A stretch of DNA of 64,000 bases from an uncultured Candidatus Saccharibacteria bacterium (GTDB lineage: Bacteria > Patescibacteriota > Minisyncoccia > Phycocordibacterales > PALSA-1337): contig CAZRIX010000003.1 of NCBI GenBank assembly GCA_964600255.1, positions 6,476 to 70,475 of the forward strand, in the 5' to 3' direction. This document shows positions 1 to 9,101 of this stretch, piece by piece. The notes beneath the pieces were generated by a model that saw nothing but the letters and a program-made list of their open reading frames with translations, had not been told where the DNA came from and did not search any database. The position numbers and the translations under genes were made by a program. The stretch's first letter is position 1. Each line of letters begins with the position of its first letter.

Positions 1-48
1 TTTTAGATAAAGGACAAAGTCTTTTATAAAAGACAGAGATAAATAAAG

Positions 49-57
49 TTATCCACA
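49..57 (+). promoter_or_regulatory. DnaA box (TTATCCACA)
   Basis: Perfect consensus 9-mer. A perfect 16-bp palindrome GTCTTTTATAAAAGAC lies at 19-34. Confidence 0.55.
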
Positions 58-76
58 GTTTCGTTTGCATATGTCC

Positions 77-104
77 TTTACATGTCTTTTAGAATTGCTA
101 TAAT
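77..104 (+). promoter_or_regulatory. Putative sigma70 promoter
   Basis: TTTACA-16 bp-TATAAT with an extended -10 TG. Confidence 0.5.
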
Positions 105-277
105 GATCCCAGATCAGTTTCGGTTTTAACCGAGGATCACCGAGACAGTTGTTCTTTGGAAAATAAAATTTGGGTAGCACACTCTTTTTAGAATTCGATT
201 CTGAGGAGACGCAACCTTTTCTTGGACTCCCTTGGGTCATTGCATAACTTCGCACTATTAAATTTTTGGGAGTTATT

Positions 278-511
278 ATGCACCACCCTCTTAGTCTGGG
301 GATCGTAGTCAGCTTCGTTGGGCTTTTGGACCTGTGGGTCCTATGTATTGCCCACCTCGCTATTATCGAGTTCTGTGTTCTTTGTTTCTTTTGTGTAAGC
401 TGTACATGTTCAGTACGTTCATCTAACCTCGAACGTCTTGTGGATGTACAAATTACACTCGTTTCCAACAGTCGCAGGTGTTTGTCTAGCAATCGCGTAA
501 GGTACGCATGA
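278..511 (+). CDS. Possible small hydrophobic, Cys-rich hypothetical protein (77 aa)
   Basis: ATG at 278 is preceded by GGAG and lies downstream of the promoter at 77-104. No recognisable family. Confidence 0.25.
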   Translation: MHHPLSLGIVVSFVGLLDLWVLCIAHLAIIEFCVLCFFCVSCTCSVRSSNLERLVDVQITLVSNSRRCLSSNRVRYA

Positions 512-552
512 TTGTGGGCAGGTACATGCGACTGTTTTTGTTTGTCTGATAT

Positions 553-568
553 CGTTTCACGTGAAAGA
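553..568. promoter_or_regulatory. parS-like site
   Basis: CGTTTCACGTGAAAGA versus consensus TGTTTCACGTGAAACA. Confidence 0.6.
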
Positions 569-648
569 CATGGCCAATAGAGCTATATTATTAGCCATTT
601 TTTAATATTCAGACCGCCGATTCTTCCCTACCAGATAAATAATGTTAC

Positions 649-2127
649 TTATGAAACGTGGTATTTCTTCTTTATTTCCTCAAGATTCTCACTTTCAGCC
701 TCCTTTTTCTTTTCAATACCTTGTTTACCAAGAGCTGTTAGTTCAGCGTCGGGAAGAGATAATAGCTCAGTTGAGCGCTTTTCTAGGTATTCAGCTGTGT
801 TTAGCTTAGGATCCTCAAGTACTTCTTCTAGTAGAGCATTAAGAATAGAGCCTATCTTGGGTCCAGGAGTTACATGTGTAACCTCCATAATACGTTTCCC
901 ATCTATTTTCAGCATTCCTACAGATACAGGATCCACCATAGCTTCTTCAATCATAGCCTTGTATTTCCTTAATCTATATGGATTCTCCTTAGGTCTACCT
1001 GTACCAATACGGTCACATATACGTATATTCATAAGGTCCCAGATGTTTTCACGACCAACATTTGCAATCATGCGTCTTACAGCAGAAAGGGTTATTGTCT
1101 CAGTATCTGAGAAGAACATGTGCCAACGAACCATCTTAACAACCTTATCAATAGTTTTCACAGGAAACTTCAATCTTTCTAGGATAGTCTTTGTTACACG
1201 TGAACCAACCACCTCATGTCCGTAGAACGTTATTTGATTGGTTTCATGTGAAAATCTCTTAGTTTCGGGCTTAGATATATCGTGGAACAGGGCAGATAGG
1301 CGAATATCCAAAGGCCACTCCTTATCAGCTGCATGTTGAAGGGTTCTAAGTAGGTGTTCCCATACATCATAAGCATGAGCCTGGTTTTGACCAACGCCAC
1401 GTGCCTTCAATAGTTCTGGAGAGATGTAGGTAAGAAGATCAAGGTCAGCAAGTAGCTCTATCCCAGCCTTTGGATTCTTTGACATCAATATCTTGGTAAA
1501 CTCGTCACGGATCCTCTCTACTGATATCTTAGAAAGTAGCTTAGAATGGCTCAGTATAGCCTTTCTGGTTTCAATGTTAATCGTGAAACCATGTTCAGTA
1601 GCTAGGCGTGCCGCTCTAATCATACGTAGAGCATCCTCCATGAATCTATCGTCAGCATTACCCACAGCTCTAATAGTCTTGTCTTTTATGTCCTTTAATC
1701 CTCCGAATAGATCAACGATATCCTTGATCGCTCCTTTTGATAGACTCACTGCAATCGCGTTAATCGTGAAATCACGACGTTTTAAATCATCTTCAATACT
1801 TTTACTGAATTTCACTGCATCAGGGTGTCTGTGGTCAGTATAAGAGCTTTCAAGACGGTATGGAGTGACTTCTACAATCTTTAAACTCTCATCCAAAGTA
1901 TTTTCATTAACGACTCCTACCGTTCCATAATCATTTTCATAAAAAGTTTTGGGGAATAGGGGAACGATCTGCTCTGGTGTGGCGTTGGTTGTAACATCCC
2001 AGTCTTTTGGAACCTTGCCTAGTAGTAAGTCACGAGTACAGCCTCCAACTAGATACGCTTCATAACCAGCCCCTTCAAGCCTCTCAACAATATTTACTAT
2101 TTCTTGGGGGATTGCTTGGTTCTTCAT
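649..2127 (-). CDS. cca: CCA tRNA nucleotidyltransferase with HD domain
   Basis: VGGCTRD..DWD, DLKRRDFTINA and EDALRMIRA motifs, plus an HD domain (LFHDISK). Confidence 0.93.
   Translation of the reverse strand: MKNQAIPQEIVNIVERLEGAGYEAYLVGGCTRDLLLGKVPKDWDVTTNATPEQIVPLFPKTFYENDYGTVGVVNENTLDESLKIVEVTPYRLESSYTDHRHPDAVKFSKSIEDDLKRRDFTINAIAVSLSKGAIKDIVDLFGGLKDIKDKTIRAVGNADDRFMEDALRMIRAARLATEHGFTINIETRKAILSHSKLLSKISVERIRDEFTKILMSKNPKAGIELLADLDLLTYISPELLKARGVGQNQAHAYDVWEHLLRTLQHAADKEWPLDIRLSALFHDISKPETKRFSHETNQITFYGHEVVGSRVTKTILERLKFPVKTIDKVVKMVRWHMFFSDTETITLSAVRRMIANVGRENIWDLMNIRICDRIGTGRPKENPYRLRKYKAMIEEAMVDPVSVGMLKIDGKRIMEVTHVTPGPKIGSILNALLEEVLEDPKLNTAEYLEKRSTELLSLPDAELTALGKQGIEKKKEAESENLEEIKKKYHVS
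868..883. promoter_or_regulatory. parS-like site inside cca
   Basis: AGTTACATGTGTAACC, a palindromic GTTACA-N2-TGTAAC. Confidence 0.5.
1192..1207. promoter_or_regulatory. parS-like site inside cca
   Basis: TGTTACACGTGAACCA, one mismatch to TGTTNCACGTGAAACA. Confidence 0.65.
1240..1255. promoter_or_regulatory. Degenerate parS-like site inside cca
   Basis: GGTTTCATGTGAAAAT. Confidence 0.4.
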
Positions 2128-2193
2128 GAGATTATATTAACACCATTCCTATATTTTTCCAGTAATCGAATATATGATATGATATCATACAAT

Positions 2194-2739
2194 ATGGTTT
2201 ATACTATTCAATTCATCAAAAAAGCTAGAGAAATGAGGCTTTCTGGGGCTAGTCTTTCGGAAATTTCCAGAGAAACTGGTATTGCCAAGAGCACTTTATC
2301 TAATTGGTTGAAAGATATACGCCTAACTAAGGCTCAACAAGGCGATATTGTCGAGAAGAATAAAAATAAGATGAGTAAGGGAAGGCTAAACTCTCTGATT
2401 ACTCGCAAATCCAAGAGGATACATAGGGAAAATAGTATATACACACAAGCTGAGAAGGAGATAGTTGAGTATATGAAGGATCCTTTTTTTAACTACGGAC
2501 TGGCGCTATATACTTTAGGTGGATCAAAGAATGGCAATGCTGTGCAGTTCACCAGTTCAAATAACCAGATCATTAAGGTGATGATTAAATGGATTGAACG
2601 GTATTTAGGAGTGGATGGTGAGTTAATTAAACAAAGGGAATATGGAAGCCATAGAAGAATTGAGATTAGTAGAATAGACGTACTTAGGAGAGTCTTGTCT
2701 TGGCAGAAGCTAATAATTAAGTATTATGATAATCTATAG
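2194..2739 (+). CDS. HTH-domain hypothetical protein, tRNA-adjacent
   Basis: N-terminal HTH (GASLSEISRETGIAKSTLSNWLK). ATG 2194 is the likely start. The gene ends 10 bp before tRNA-Arg. Confidence 0.7.
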   Translation: MVYTIQFIKKAREMRLSGASLSEISRETGIAKSTLSNWLKDIRLTKAQQGDIVEKNKNKMSKGRLNSLITRKSKRIHRENSIYTQAEKEIVEYMKDPFFNYGLALYTLGGSKNGNAVQFTSSNNQIIKVMIKWIERYLGVDGELIKQREYGSHRRIEISRIDVLRRVLSWQKLIIKYYDNL

Positions 2740-2749
2740 GAGTTGATAT

Positions 2750-2824
2750 GCACCCGTAGTGAAATGGATATCACAAGTGCCTTCGAAGCATTTATTGTAG
2801 GTTCGAGTCCTACCGGGTGCACCA
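2750..2824 (+). tRNA. tRNA-Arg(UCG)
   Basis: GCACCCG/CGGGTGC acceptor stem, anticodon loop CT-TCG-AA, GTTCGAG T-loop, encoded CCA. Confidence 0.93.
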
Positions 2825-2890
2825 GTTTGTGTTAGGGAAGTGGTGAAATAGTTGGAAAAAAATAGATTTAGTATATAATATCGGAATATT

Positions 2891-2961
2891 GCGGGTATCG
2901 TTTAGTGGTAGGACACGTCCTTGCCAAGGATGAGGTAGGAGTTCGATTCTCCTTACCCGCA
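2891..2961 (+). tRNA. tRNA-Gly(GCC)
   Basis: GCGGGTA/TACCCGC stem, loop TT-GCC-AA, GTTCGAT. No encoded CCA. Confidence 0.95.
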
Positions 2962-2995
2962 CAATAGTTTGTTTGCAGTGCACTATAGACTTTTC

Positions 2996-3113
2996 ATTTA
3001 CACAGATGTATGTGTAAAACACATCAAAACTGTGGATAACTATGGGGACAGTGGGTATAAGACATTCAAAATATGGCTTATATTCGTGTCTTTTGTCTTT
3101 TTACTTATACACA
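2996..3113. promoter_or_regulatory. DnaA-box cluster
   Basis: TGTGTAAAA 3011, TGTGGATAA 3031 and TTATACACA 3105 match consensus. ATTTACACA 2996 and TGGGTATAA 3052 have one mismatch each. Confidence 0.55.
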
Positions 3114-3114
3114 A

Positions 3115-3501
3115 ATGAAAGGTCCGTTTAAACAGAATAATAGAGAAATCGGTAACAGAGGTGAGGACATTGCCTGCTTTTATCTTGCTAAACATGGATA
3201 TTTTGTACAAGAGCGTAACTACTATAAAAAGTGGGGTGAAATAGACATCATTGCGGTCAAAGACGGAATCCTGCACTTTATTGAGGTTAAGTCTGTTGTT
3301 GATAAAGGAAACAAAGGACACAGGCCAGAAGAGAATGTACACGAATTGAAACAAAGAAAACTCAGGAAGATCATCCAGACATATTTGAATAGTCATAAAT
3401 ATGACCCAGAAGCGGAGTTCCAATTTCATGTCATTACGGTTGTGATTAATAATTCAACAGGGAAGGCTAGAGTAAAAATGCTGAAAAACCTGATTCTATA
3501 G
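3115..3501 (+). CDS. yraN: YraN family (UPF0102) putative endonuclease
   Basis: G..GEDIA..YL...GY, RNY..KWGEIDII and FIEVKS motifs. Confidence 0.9.
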   Translation: MKGPFKQNNREIGNRGEDIACFYLAKHGYFVQERNYYKKWGEIDIIAVKDGILHFIEVKSVVDKGNKGHRPEENVHELKQRKLRKIIQTYLNSHKYDPEAEFQFHVITVVINNSTGKARVKMLKNLIL

Positions 3502-3567
3502 AAAAAACGTTAAATATGCTCCGCCTCTTTGGTTTTCTCAATCATTGTGCTAGTATAGTCGATATAT

Positions 3568-3640
3568 CGGAGCGTGGTGTAACGGCTAACATTCCTCTTT
3601 TGGGAAGAGGCGACTCCGGGTTCGAATCCCGGCGCTCCGA
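3568..3640 (+). tRNA. tRNA-Pro(UGG)
   Basis: CGGAGCG/CGCTCCG stem, loop TT-TGG-GA, GTTCGAAT. Confidence 0.95.
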
Positions 3641-3685
3641 CAATTTAATCTTTGTGATATAATTTTCTCATAAAACTTGTTTTTT

Positions 3686-5047
3686 ATGAGAATAAATAAG
3701 TCACCATGGATACAGCAACTAGATCAAGAGAGAAAATCTATTTCTCTTAATAAGGATCTAGATACCGATATAGCTATAGTTGGTGCAGGAATAGCTGGAA
3801 TCTCAACAGCATTCTTTATTTTAAAGTATACAAGTCAAAGAGTGGTGATGTTGGAACAGGGAAGATTGGCTCATGGAGCAACAGGACACAATGCTGGGCA
3901 GGTAGTCGCACGTTTTGAAAGACCATTGGTGGATATAGAGAAAGAATTTGGCTTTGATATGACAAGTGAAGCTATACGATCACTGCAGTCGACTTGGTTA
4001 CTTATAGATGAAATGTACGAAGATGCAGGATTAGATATTGTATTCTCTAAAACAAAGGGTAATATCGGTTATTCTAATCTATATCAGGTACTAAGAGCGC
4101 TTGCTGACTTGGAGTTTGAGGTCAGATCAGGTTTGCAACAGAATACTTTTTGGATTAGTGAGACTGCTCCTTTTTTAGATTCTATACCGAGAATATACAA
4201 GAATCTATATAAGCTGGTACCACAATCTGAGATTTTGAATAGAATGGAAACAAAAGACCAGAGTTTTCATGCTCTATACGCTGATGATGCAGCATGTATG
4301 AATTCAGCTCTGTTCTGTCAGGAAATAGCTGTTTTTTTAATGAAAAAGTACGGAGATAGATTCTCACTATATGAAGAAACAAGGGTTAACAAAATAGTTC
4401 TGAAAGATAAGTACGGCTTACTTGATGTTGAAAAAAATACTATCAATGCCAGTAAGATCATATTGTGTACCAACGGATTTGAGAATTTCGATATAATTAA
4501 CCATGGAGGATTGACTATAAACAAGAACTTCCATCACTTGGTTGGTGGAAAGGTTGGTTATATGTCTGGATACTTAGAAAATATAAACAAGTCTCCAACG
4601 GTAATAGCGTATTGTACTGATGAATATGATCCAGCAGATGCAGAATCAGTATATCTGTACCTAACTAGACGTCCACATGAATATGGTGATAAGAAGCACA
4701 ACCTAGTGTGCATGGGAGGACCTGAGGTGGACTTGGGTGATAAGGCGGAATATATGAGAAATTATGATTACCCAGATGAAATACCAGCAAAAATAGATCA
4801 GTTTATTAAAGAGGAATATAGTGCTGATCCAAAGACAAAGATTGATTATGAGTTCACCTGGCACGGACTTATGGGATATACACCAAACAGGATAAGGCTG
4901 ATAGGGGAGGAACCGAAGAATAGGGTATTACTATATAACCTAGGTTGCAATGGTATCGGTATAATACCATCTGTGTATGGTGGACGTAGAATATCTAGAA
5001 TAATATCAGGTGAAGATCTCAGACCTTCTATCTTTGATCCAAAGTAA
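3686..5047 (+). CDS. FAD-dependent oxidoreductase (DAO/PuuB-like)
   Basis: IVGAGIAG Rossmann motif, GATGHNAG, W.GLMGYT and GCNGIG. Confidence 0.85.
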   Translation: MRINKSPWIQQLDQERKSISLNKDLDTDIAIVGAGIAGISTAFFILKYTSQRVVMLEQGRLAHGATGHNAGQVVARFERPLVDIEKEFGFDMTSEAIRSLQSTWLLIDEMYEDAGLDIVFSKTKGNIGYSNLYQVLRALADLEFEVRSGLQQNTFWISETAPFLDSIPRIYKNLYKLVPQSEILNRMETKDQSFHALYADDAACMNSALFCQEIAVFLMKKYGDRFSLYEETRVNKIVLKDKYGLLDVEKNTINASKIILCTNGFENFDIINHGGLTINKNFHHLVGGKVGYMSGYLENINKSPTVIAYCTDEYDPADAESVYLYLTRRPHEYGDKKHNLVCMGGPEVDLGDKAEYMRNYDYPDEIPAKIDQFIKEEYSADPKTKIDYEFTWHGLMGYTPNRIRLIGEEPKNRVLLYNLGCNGIGIIPSVYGGRRISRIISGEDLRPSIFDPK

Positions 5048-5062
5048 TGTTATAATGCATTC

Positions 5063-5512
5063 ATGATAAATAATGTTGTTGATTTCTTTGATAAATTTGA
5101 GGATAGGGTAAGAGGGACTCTAAGTCATTACCCTATAGCCTACACCCTTATCGGCTCTACATCTATAGTATTGTTTTGGAGAGGTGTATGGAATACAGCA
5201 GATGCTTTGATGGAAAAGGGAGGAGTACTTGGTTTCATCTTTAACGAAGGGATAAGTTTGGTTATTGTAACCCTTATACTTCTTGCTACAGGACTTTTCG
5301 TATCATACTTTATTGGAGACGCAATATTGATTTCTGGTTTGAAACAACAGAAAAAGCGCACAGAGAAAACGAAGAAGGACATAGAAGATGAGGAGGAAGA
5401 GATAAAGGCATTAAGAAGTACAATCAAAGAAATGAAGAAAGAGGTTGATGAGATAAGGGATATAGTAGGATCTATAAAAAATATCAGTAAAGATTCAAAT
5501 ATTGGCAATTAG
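5063..5512 (+). CDS. Hypothetical membrane protein (2 TM plus coiled coil)
   Basis: Two hydrophobic segments (LFWRGVW) and a charged C-terminal coil. An extended -10 lies 6 nt upstream. Confidence 0.75.
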   Translation: MINNVVDFFDKFEDRVRGTLSHYPIAYTLIGSTSIVLFWRGVWNTADALMEKGGVLGFIFNEGISLVIVTLILLATGLFVSYFIGDAILISGLKQQKKRTEKTKKDIEDEEEEIKALRSTIKEMKKEVDEIRDIVGSIKNISKDSNIGN

Positions 5513-5566
5513 ATAGATTTTTGGTAGTATAGCTTTGTAAATGTAGTTTTCTACTTTTACAAAAAA

Positions 5567-5637
5567 GCGGGGCTAGTTTAATGGTAGAATAGAAGTTTTC
5601 CAAACTTTTGGTGGGAGTTCGATTCTCCCGCCCCGCA
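5567..5637 (+). tRNA. tRNA-Gly(UCC)
   Basis: GCGGGGC/GCCCCGC stem, loop TT-TCC-AA, GTTCGAT. Confidence 0.95.
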
Positions 5638-5638
5638 C

Positions 5639-6295
5639 ATGAATAGGGTTATTATCACTGGCGCTAGTCGTGGAATAGGAAAAGCCCTCGCACAGAAGTT
5701 TTTAAGAGAAGGTTTCTTTGTGCTTGGAACATCAATAAATGGTGTACTAGACTATTCCCATAAAAATCTCCAGGCTGTTCAATTGGATTTGTTAGACAGT
5801 AAGAGTATATTAGATGCAAGTAAAATAGTTAATTCAATAGAAGGTAGTTTTGATATTTTAATAAATAATGCAGGTGCACTGTTTGATGACGGAGAAAATG
5901 AAATAGTTATAGATAAGTTAAGAAAGACACTAGAGGTTAATCTAATCGGTCCAATAGATTTTACTCAGAAAATACTTAGTAAAATAAATAATGGTGGACA
6001 TATCGTTAATATTTCTTCATCAGCAGGATCATTAGAGAAGGTTCATCATACGAATTATCCTTGCTACAAAGTATCTAAGGCTGGTTTGAATATGTTTACT
6101 GTGTATTTGTCGCATCTACTAAAAGATAAAGTAACTGTATCGTCAGTTCATCCTGGTAGAGTTAAGACAGAAATGGGTGCTTGGGAAGGGGATATGACTC
6201 CTGATGAGGCTGCTGAATATATTTATAATACAGCCACAAACAAGACTATTGAGTCAGGACAATTCTGGTTTAAAGGAGAAAAGTTTCCTTGGTAA
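5639..6295 (+). CDS. SDR family NAD(P)-dependent oxidoreductase
   Basis: TGASRGIG, NNAG and YxxxK (YKVSK) motifs. Confidence 0.92.
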   Translation: MNRVIITGASRGIGKALAQKFLREGFFVLGTSINGVLDYSHKNLQAVQLDLLDSKSILDASKIVNSIEGSFDILINNAGALFDDGENEIVIDKLRKTLEVNLIGPIDFTQKILSKINNGGHIVNISSSAGSLEKVHHTNYPCYKVSKAGLNMFTVYLSHLLKDKVTVSSVHPGRVKTEMGAWEGDMTPDEAAEYIYNTATNKTIESGQFWFKGEKFPW

Positions 6296-6297
6296 TA

Positions 6298-6330
6298 CAA
6301 AAAACCACCTCGATGATAGGTGGTTTTTTG
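6298..6330. terminator. Bidirectional intrinsic terminator
   Basis: CAAAAAACCACCT/AGGTGGTTTTTTG between convergent genes. Confidence 0.8.
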
Positions 6331-6359
6331 TTTATAAGGGCTCGAGCGAGTCTTTATAA

Positions 6360-6632
6360 TTATTTTACTGCATCTTTCAAAGCCTTTGCAGCTCTGAACT
6401 TTGGAACCTTCATTGCTGGAACCTTAATTGTCTCTCCAGTTCGTGGATTACGAGCATCGCGTGCTGCTCTTTCCTTTACTGAGAAGATACCAAGTCCTGC
6501 AATTGATACTTCATCACCTTTCTTTAGAGAATCGATGATTGAATTGATTACTGTATCAACAGCTTGTTCAGCTTGAACCTTTGTTCCACCCAAGACTGCA
6601 TGTAATGCATCTACAATTCCTGCTTTGTTCAT
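6360..6632 (-). CDS. hup: HU family DNA-binding protein
   Basis: MNK..., GLGIF, RAARDARNPRTGE and PKFRAAKALK motifs. Confidence 0.95.
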   Translation of the reverse strand: MNKAGIVDALHAVLGGTKVQAEQAVDTVINSIIDSLKKGDEVSIAGLGIFSVKERAARDARNPRTGETIKVPAMKVPKFRAAKALKDAVK

Positions 6633-6797
6633 AATAATTTATATTAGAATGTTAATAATTTCTAACCTCCACATAATTATATAATATGGCCCTTTTTAAG
6701 CAATAGGGGTAAAATAAGGCCACACTATGTGTGAAATATCAATTTTATGCAGTTAATAGATGTACGGAACAACTCGTCTGCTCGGAATTCATAGGAC

Positions 6798-8330
6798 CTA
6801 TCTTGCAAAATCAGTAACTCTAGTCTCACGAATCAGTGTAACCTTGATTTCTCCTGGGTATTTGAGATCTTTTTCTATTTTTAGCGCTATATCACGAGCC
6901 ATATTTCTAGCTTCTAGGTCGGTAACCTTCTCTGGTGTAACAAAGATACGTATTTCACGGCCAGCTTGTAGGGCATATGACTTTTCTACTCCTTGGAAGT
7001 TGTTTGCTATAGCTTCTAGGTCACCTAGTCTCTTTAGATAGTTCTCAATACTGTCGTGTCTTGCTCCTGGTCGTGCACCTGAGATTGCATCAGCTGTTTG
7101 AACGATTCTTGATTCAACAGTTTCGTATGGGTACTCTTCATGATGAGCTTGCATTGCCTTTACAATATCTTCACTAGCTCCGAATTTCTGTAGGATTCTT
7201 CTACCAATCTCAACGTGACTTCCGGATACTTCATGATCCAAAGCCTTGCCTAGGTCGTGGAGTAGGGCACCGGCCTTTGCTACAGCGACATTCGCACCTA
7301 TTTCCTCAGCTATCATACCTGCAATATGTGACATCTCTATAGAGTGCTGTAGAACGTTCTGGCCGTAACTTGTTCTGAAATGTAATCTTCCCAGTACCTG
7401 TAAGATTCTTGGATCAAGACCAATAACTCCACATTCATACGCAGCTTGCTCGCCTTTTTCCTTTATTATTTTATTTATACTCTGCTGAGCTTCTTCTACA
7501 ACCTTTTCGATCTTTGCTGGCTGAATACGGCCATCCTTTATCAATTCTTCCAAGGCAACCTTGGCAACGTGTCGTCTTACAGGATCAAATGATGAAATGG
7601 TGATCGTTCCAGGTGTATCATCTACGATAACCTCCACACCAGTCATTCTCTCAAATGCCTTGATATTTCTACCTTCTTTTCCGATAATCTTACCCTTTAT
7701 GTCATCACTAGGTATAACGACTGAAGTAGACATGATATCTGATGCAACCGAGTTTGCTAAACGTTGTATTGAGGTTGCTAGAATGTCTTGAGCTTTCTTC
7801 TCTAGTGTTTCCTCGCCATTTTGTTCAAGTTTCTGAATGCGAACCAATAGGTCTTGTTCTGCATTTTTCTCAATACTCTTGAAAAGGGTATCGCGAGCCT
7901 CAGTTTCTGACATCTTGGCAATACGCTCCAAAGCTTGTGCCTTTTCTTGCTCAAGTTTATCCGCTCTCTCCTTTATTAGCTTTATTTCATTGACCTTTTC
8001 CTTTATTTGCTCTACTTCTTTGTCTATATCGCTCTGGCGTTTATCAAGAAAATCCTCCTTTTTTATAAGGCGGGATTCGGTTTGTTGTATCTTCTCTTCT
8101 TTCTCTTTTATGTCTAAACGGGCCTCCTCTAGGAATTTCTTTGATTTAGCATCGGCTTCGCTGGTAATTATCTTGGCTTCTTCTTTTGCAGTTAGAAGCA
8201 TTTCTTTGATCTCGAGTTCCATCGATCCCTTTTTACCCAAAGAGATGATTAGGCGCAGATAGTAACCGATTGCTATTCCGGCTACACCCGCAATACTCAA
8301 GAGTACTGCTACGGTTTTTAATGATGTCAT
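6798..8330 (-). CDS. rny: Ribonuclease Y
   Basis: N-terminal TM, coiled coil, KH domain (KGKIIGKEGRNIKAFE) and HD domain (LLHDLGKA). Confidence 0.96.
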   Translation of the reverse strand: MTSLKTVAVLLSIAGVAGIAIGYYLRLIISLGKKGSMELEIKEMLLTAKEEAKIITSEADAKSKKFLEEARLDIKEKEEKIQQTESRLIKKEDFLDKRQSDIDKEVEQIKEKVNEIKLIKERADKLEQEKAQALERIAKMSETEARDTLFKSIEKNAEQDLLVRIQKLEQNGEETLEKKAQDILATSIQRLANSVASDIMSTSVVIPSDDIKGKIIGKEGRNIKAFERMTGVEVIVDDTPGTITISSFDPVRRHVAKVALEELIKDGRIQPAKIEKVVEEAQQSINKIIKEKGEQAAYECGVIGLDPRILQVLGRLHFRTSYGQNVLQHSIEMSHIAGMIAEEIGANVAVAKAGALLHDLGKALDHEVSGSHVEIGRRILQKFGASEDIVKAMQAHHEEYPYETVESRIVQTADAISGARPGARHDSIENYLKRLGDLEAIANNFQGVEKSYALQAGREIRIFVTPEKVTDLEARNMARDIALKIEKDLKYPGEIKVTLIRETRVTDFAR

Positions 8331-8339
8331 GCGAATATC

Positions 8340-8462
8340 AATTCGCCTCTAAGACTCTAACTCAGTGTTATGTCGTTTCTGAATAGTGGAAAATATATCG
8401 GACACAGGTTTCAAGTGATGTAAGGGAACTGAAAAATTAAATTTATAACAAGCTCACTGTAT
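8340..8462 (-). ncRNA. Possible 6S-like RNA or structured rny leader
   Basis: Minus strand CAGTG..TGTTAT pairs with ATAACACTG and encloses a CTTGAAACC...TTCAG core. It lies directly upstream of rny. Confidence 0.3.
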
Positions 8463-8467
8463 CACTA

Positions 8468-9037
8468 CTAAAGGATTTTGTCTATGATACCGTACTTTCG
8501 AGCTTCTTCTGCATCCATAAAGAAGTTACGATCTACGTCCTTTTCGATTTTTGATAGTGTCTGACCTGTGTTCTTTACTAGCATTTTGTTTAGATTCTCA
8601 CGAGTCTTTAGGATATGCTTTGCGCCGATCTCTATATCTGAAGCTTGTCCTTCCGCACCTCCTAGTGGCTGATGGATCATTACTTCTGAATTTGGCAATG
8701 CGAATCTCTTACCTTTCTTACCTGAAGAGAGGATTAGTGCACCCATTGATGCTGCGACTCCAACACATACAGTAGATACATCGTTCTTGATGTTATTCAT
8801 TGTATCTATTATGGCTAGGCCAGCTGTAACAACACCTCCTGGTGAGTTTACGTATAGTGTTATGTCTTTCTTTGGGTCTTCGGCTTGTAGGAAAAGTAGC
8901 TGAGCAATGACTATGTTTGCTACATGGTCATCTATTGGTCCGGCAAGGAATATAATATTCTCCTTTAATAGTCTTGAGTAAATATCATAAGCCCTTTCTC
9001 CCATACTTGTCTTTTCGATTACTGTTGGTATTAACAT
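8468..9037 (-). CDS. clpP: ATP-dependent Clp protease proteolytic subunit
   Basis: [18 protein letters not shown] and IHQPLGG motifs. Confidence 0.96.
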   Translation of the reverse strand: MLIPTVIEKTSMGERAYDIYSRLLKENIIFLAGPIDDHVANIVIAQLLFLQAEDPKKDITLYVNSPGGVVTAGLAIIDTMNNIKNDVSTVCVGVAASMGALILSSGKKGKRFALPNSEVMIHQPLGGAEGQASDIEIGAKHILKTRENLNKMLVKNTGQTLSKIEKDVDRNFFMDAEEARKYGIIDKIL

Positions 9038-9101
9038 GTGTTTCAAATTTAAAATTAAGTAATATTCTCATAATACCTTATGCTTTATTTTTAGCAACAA
9101 T

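Noticed and set aside
49-492. 147-aa minus-strand ORF
   Set aside because: TTG start, no recognisable motif, atypical composition, and it runs against a strong plus-strand promoter.
2810-3022. 70-aa minus-strand ORF
   Set aside because: Antisense to tRNA-Gly and the end of tRNA-Arg.
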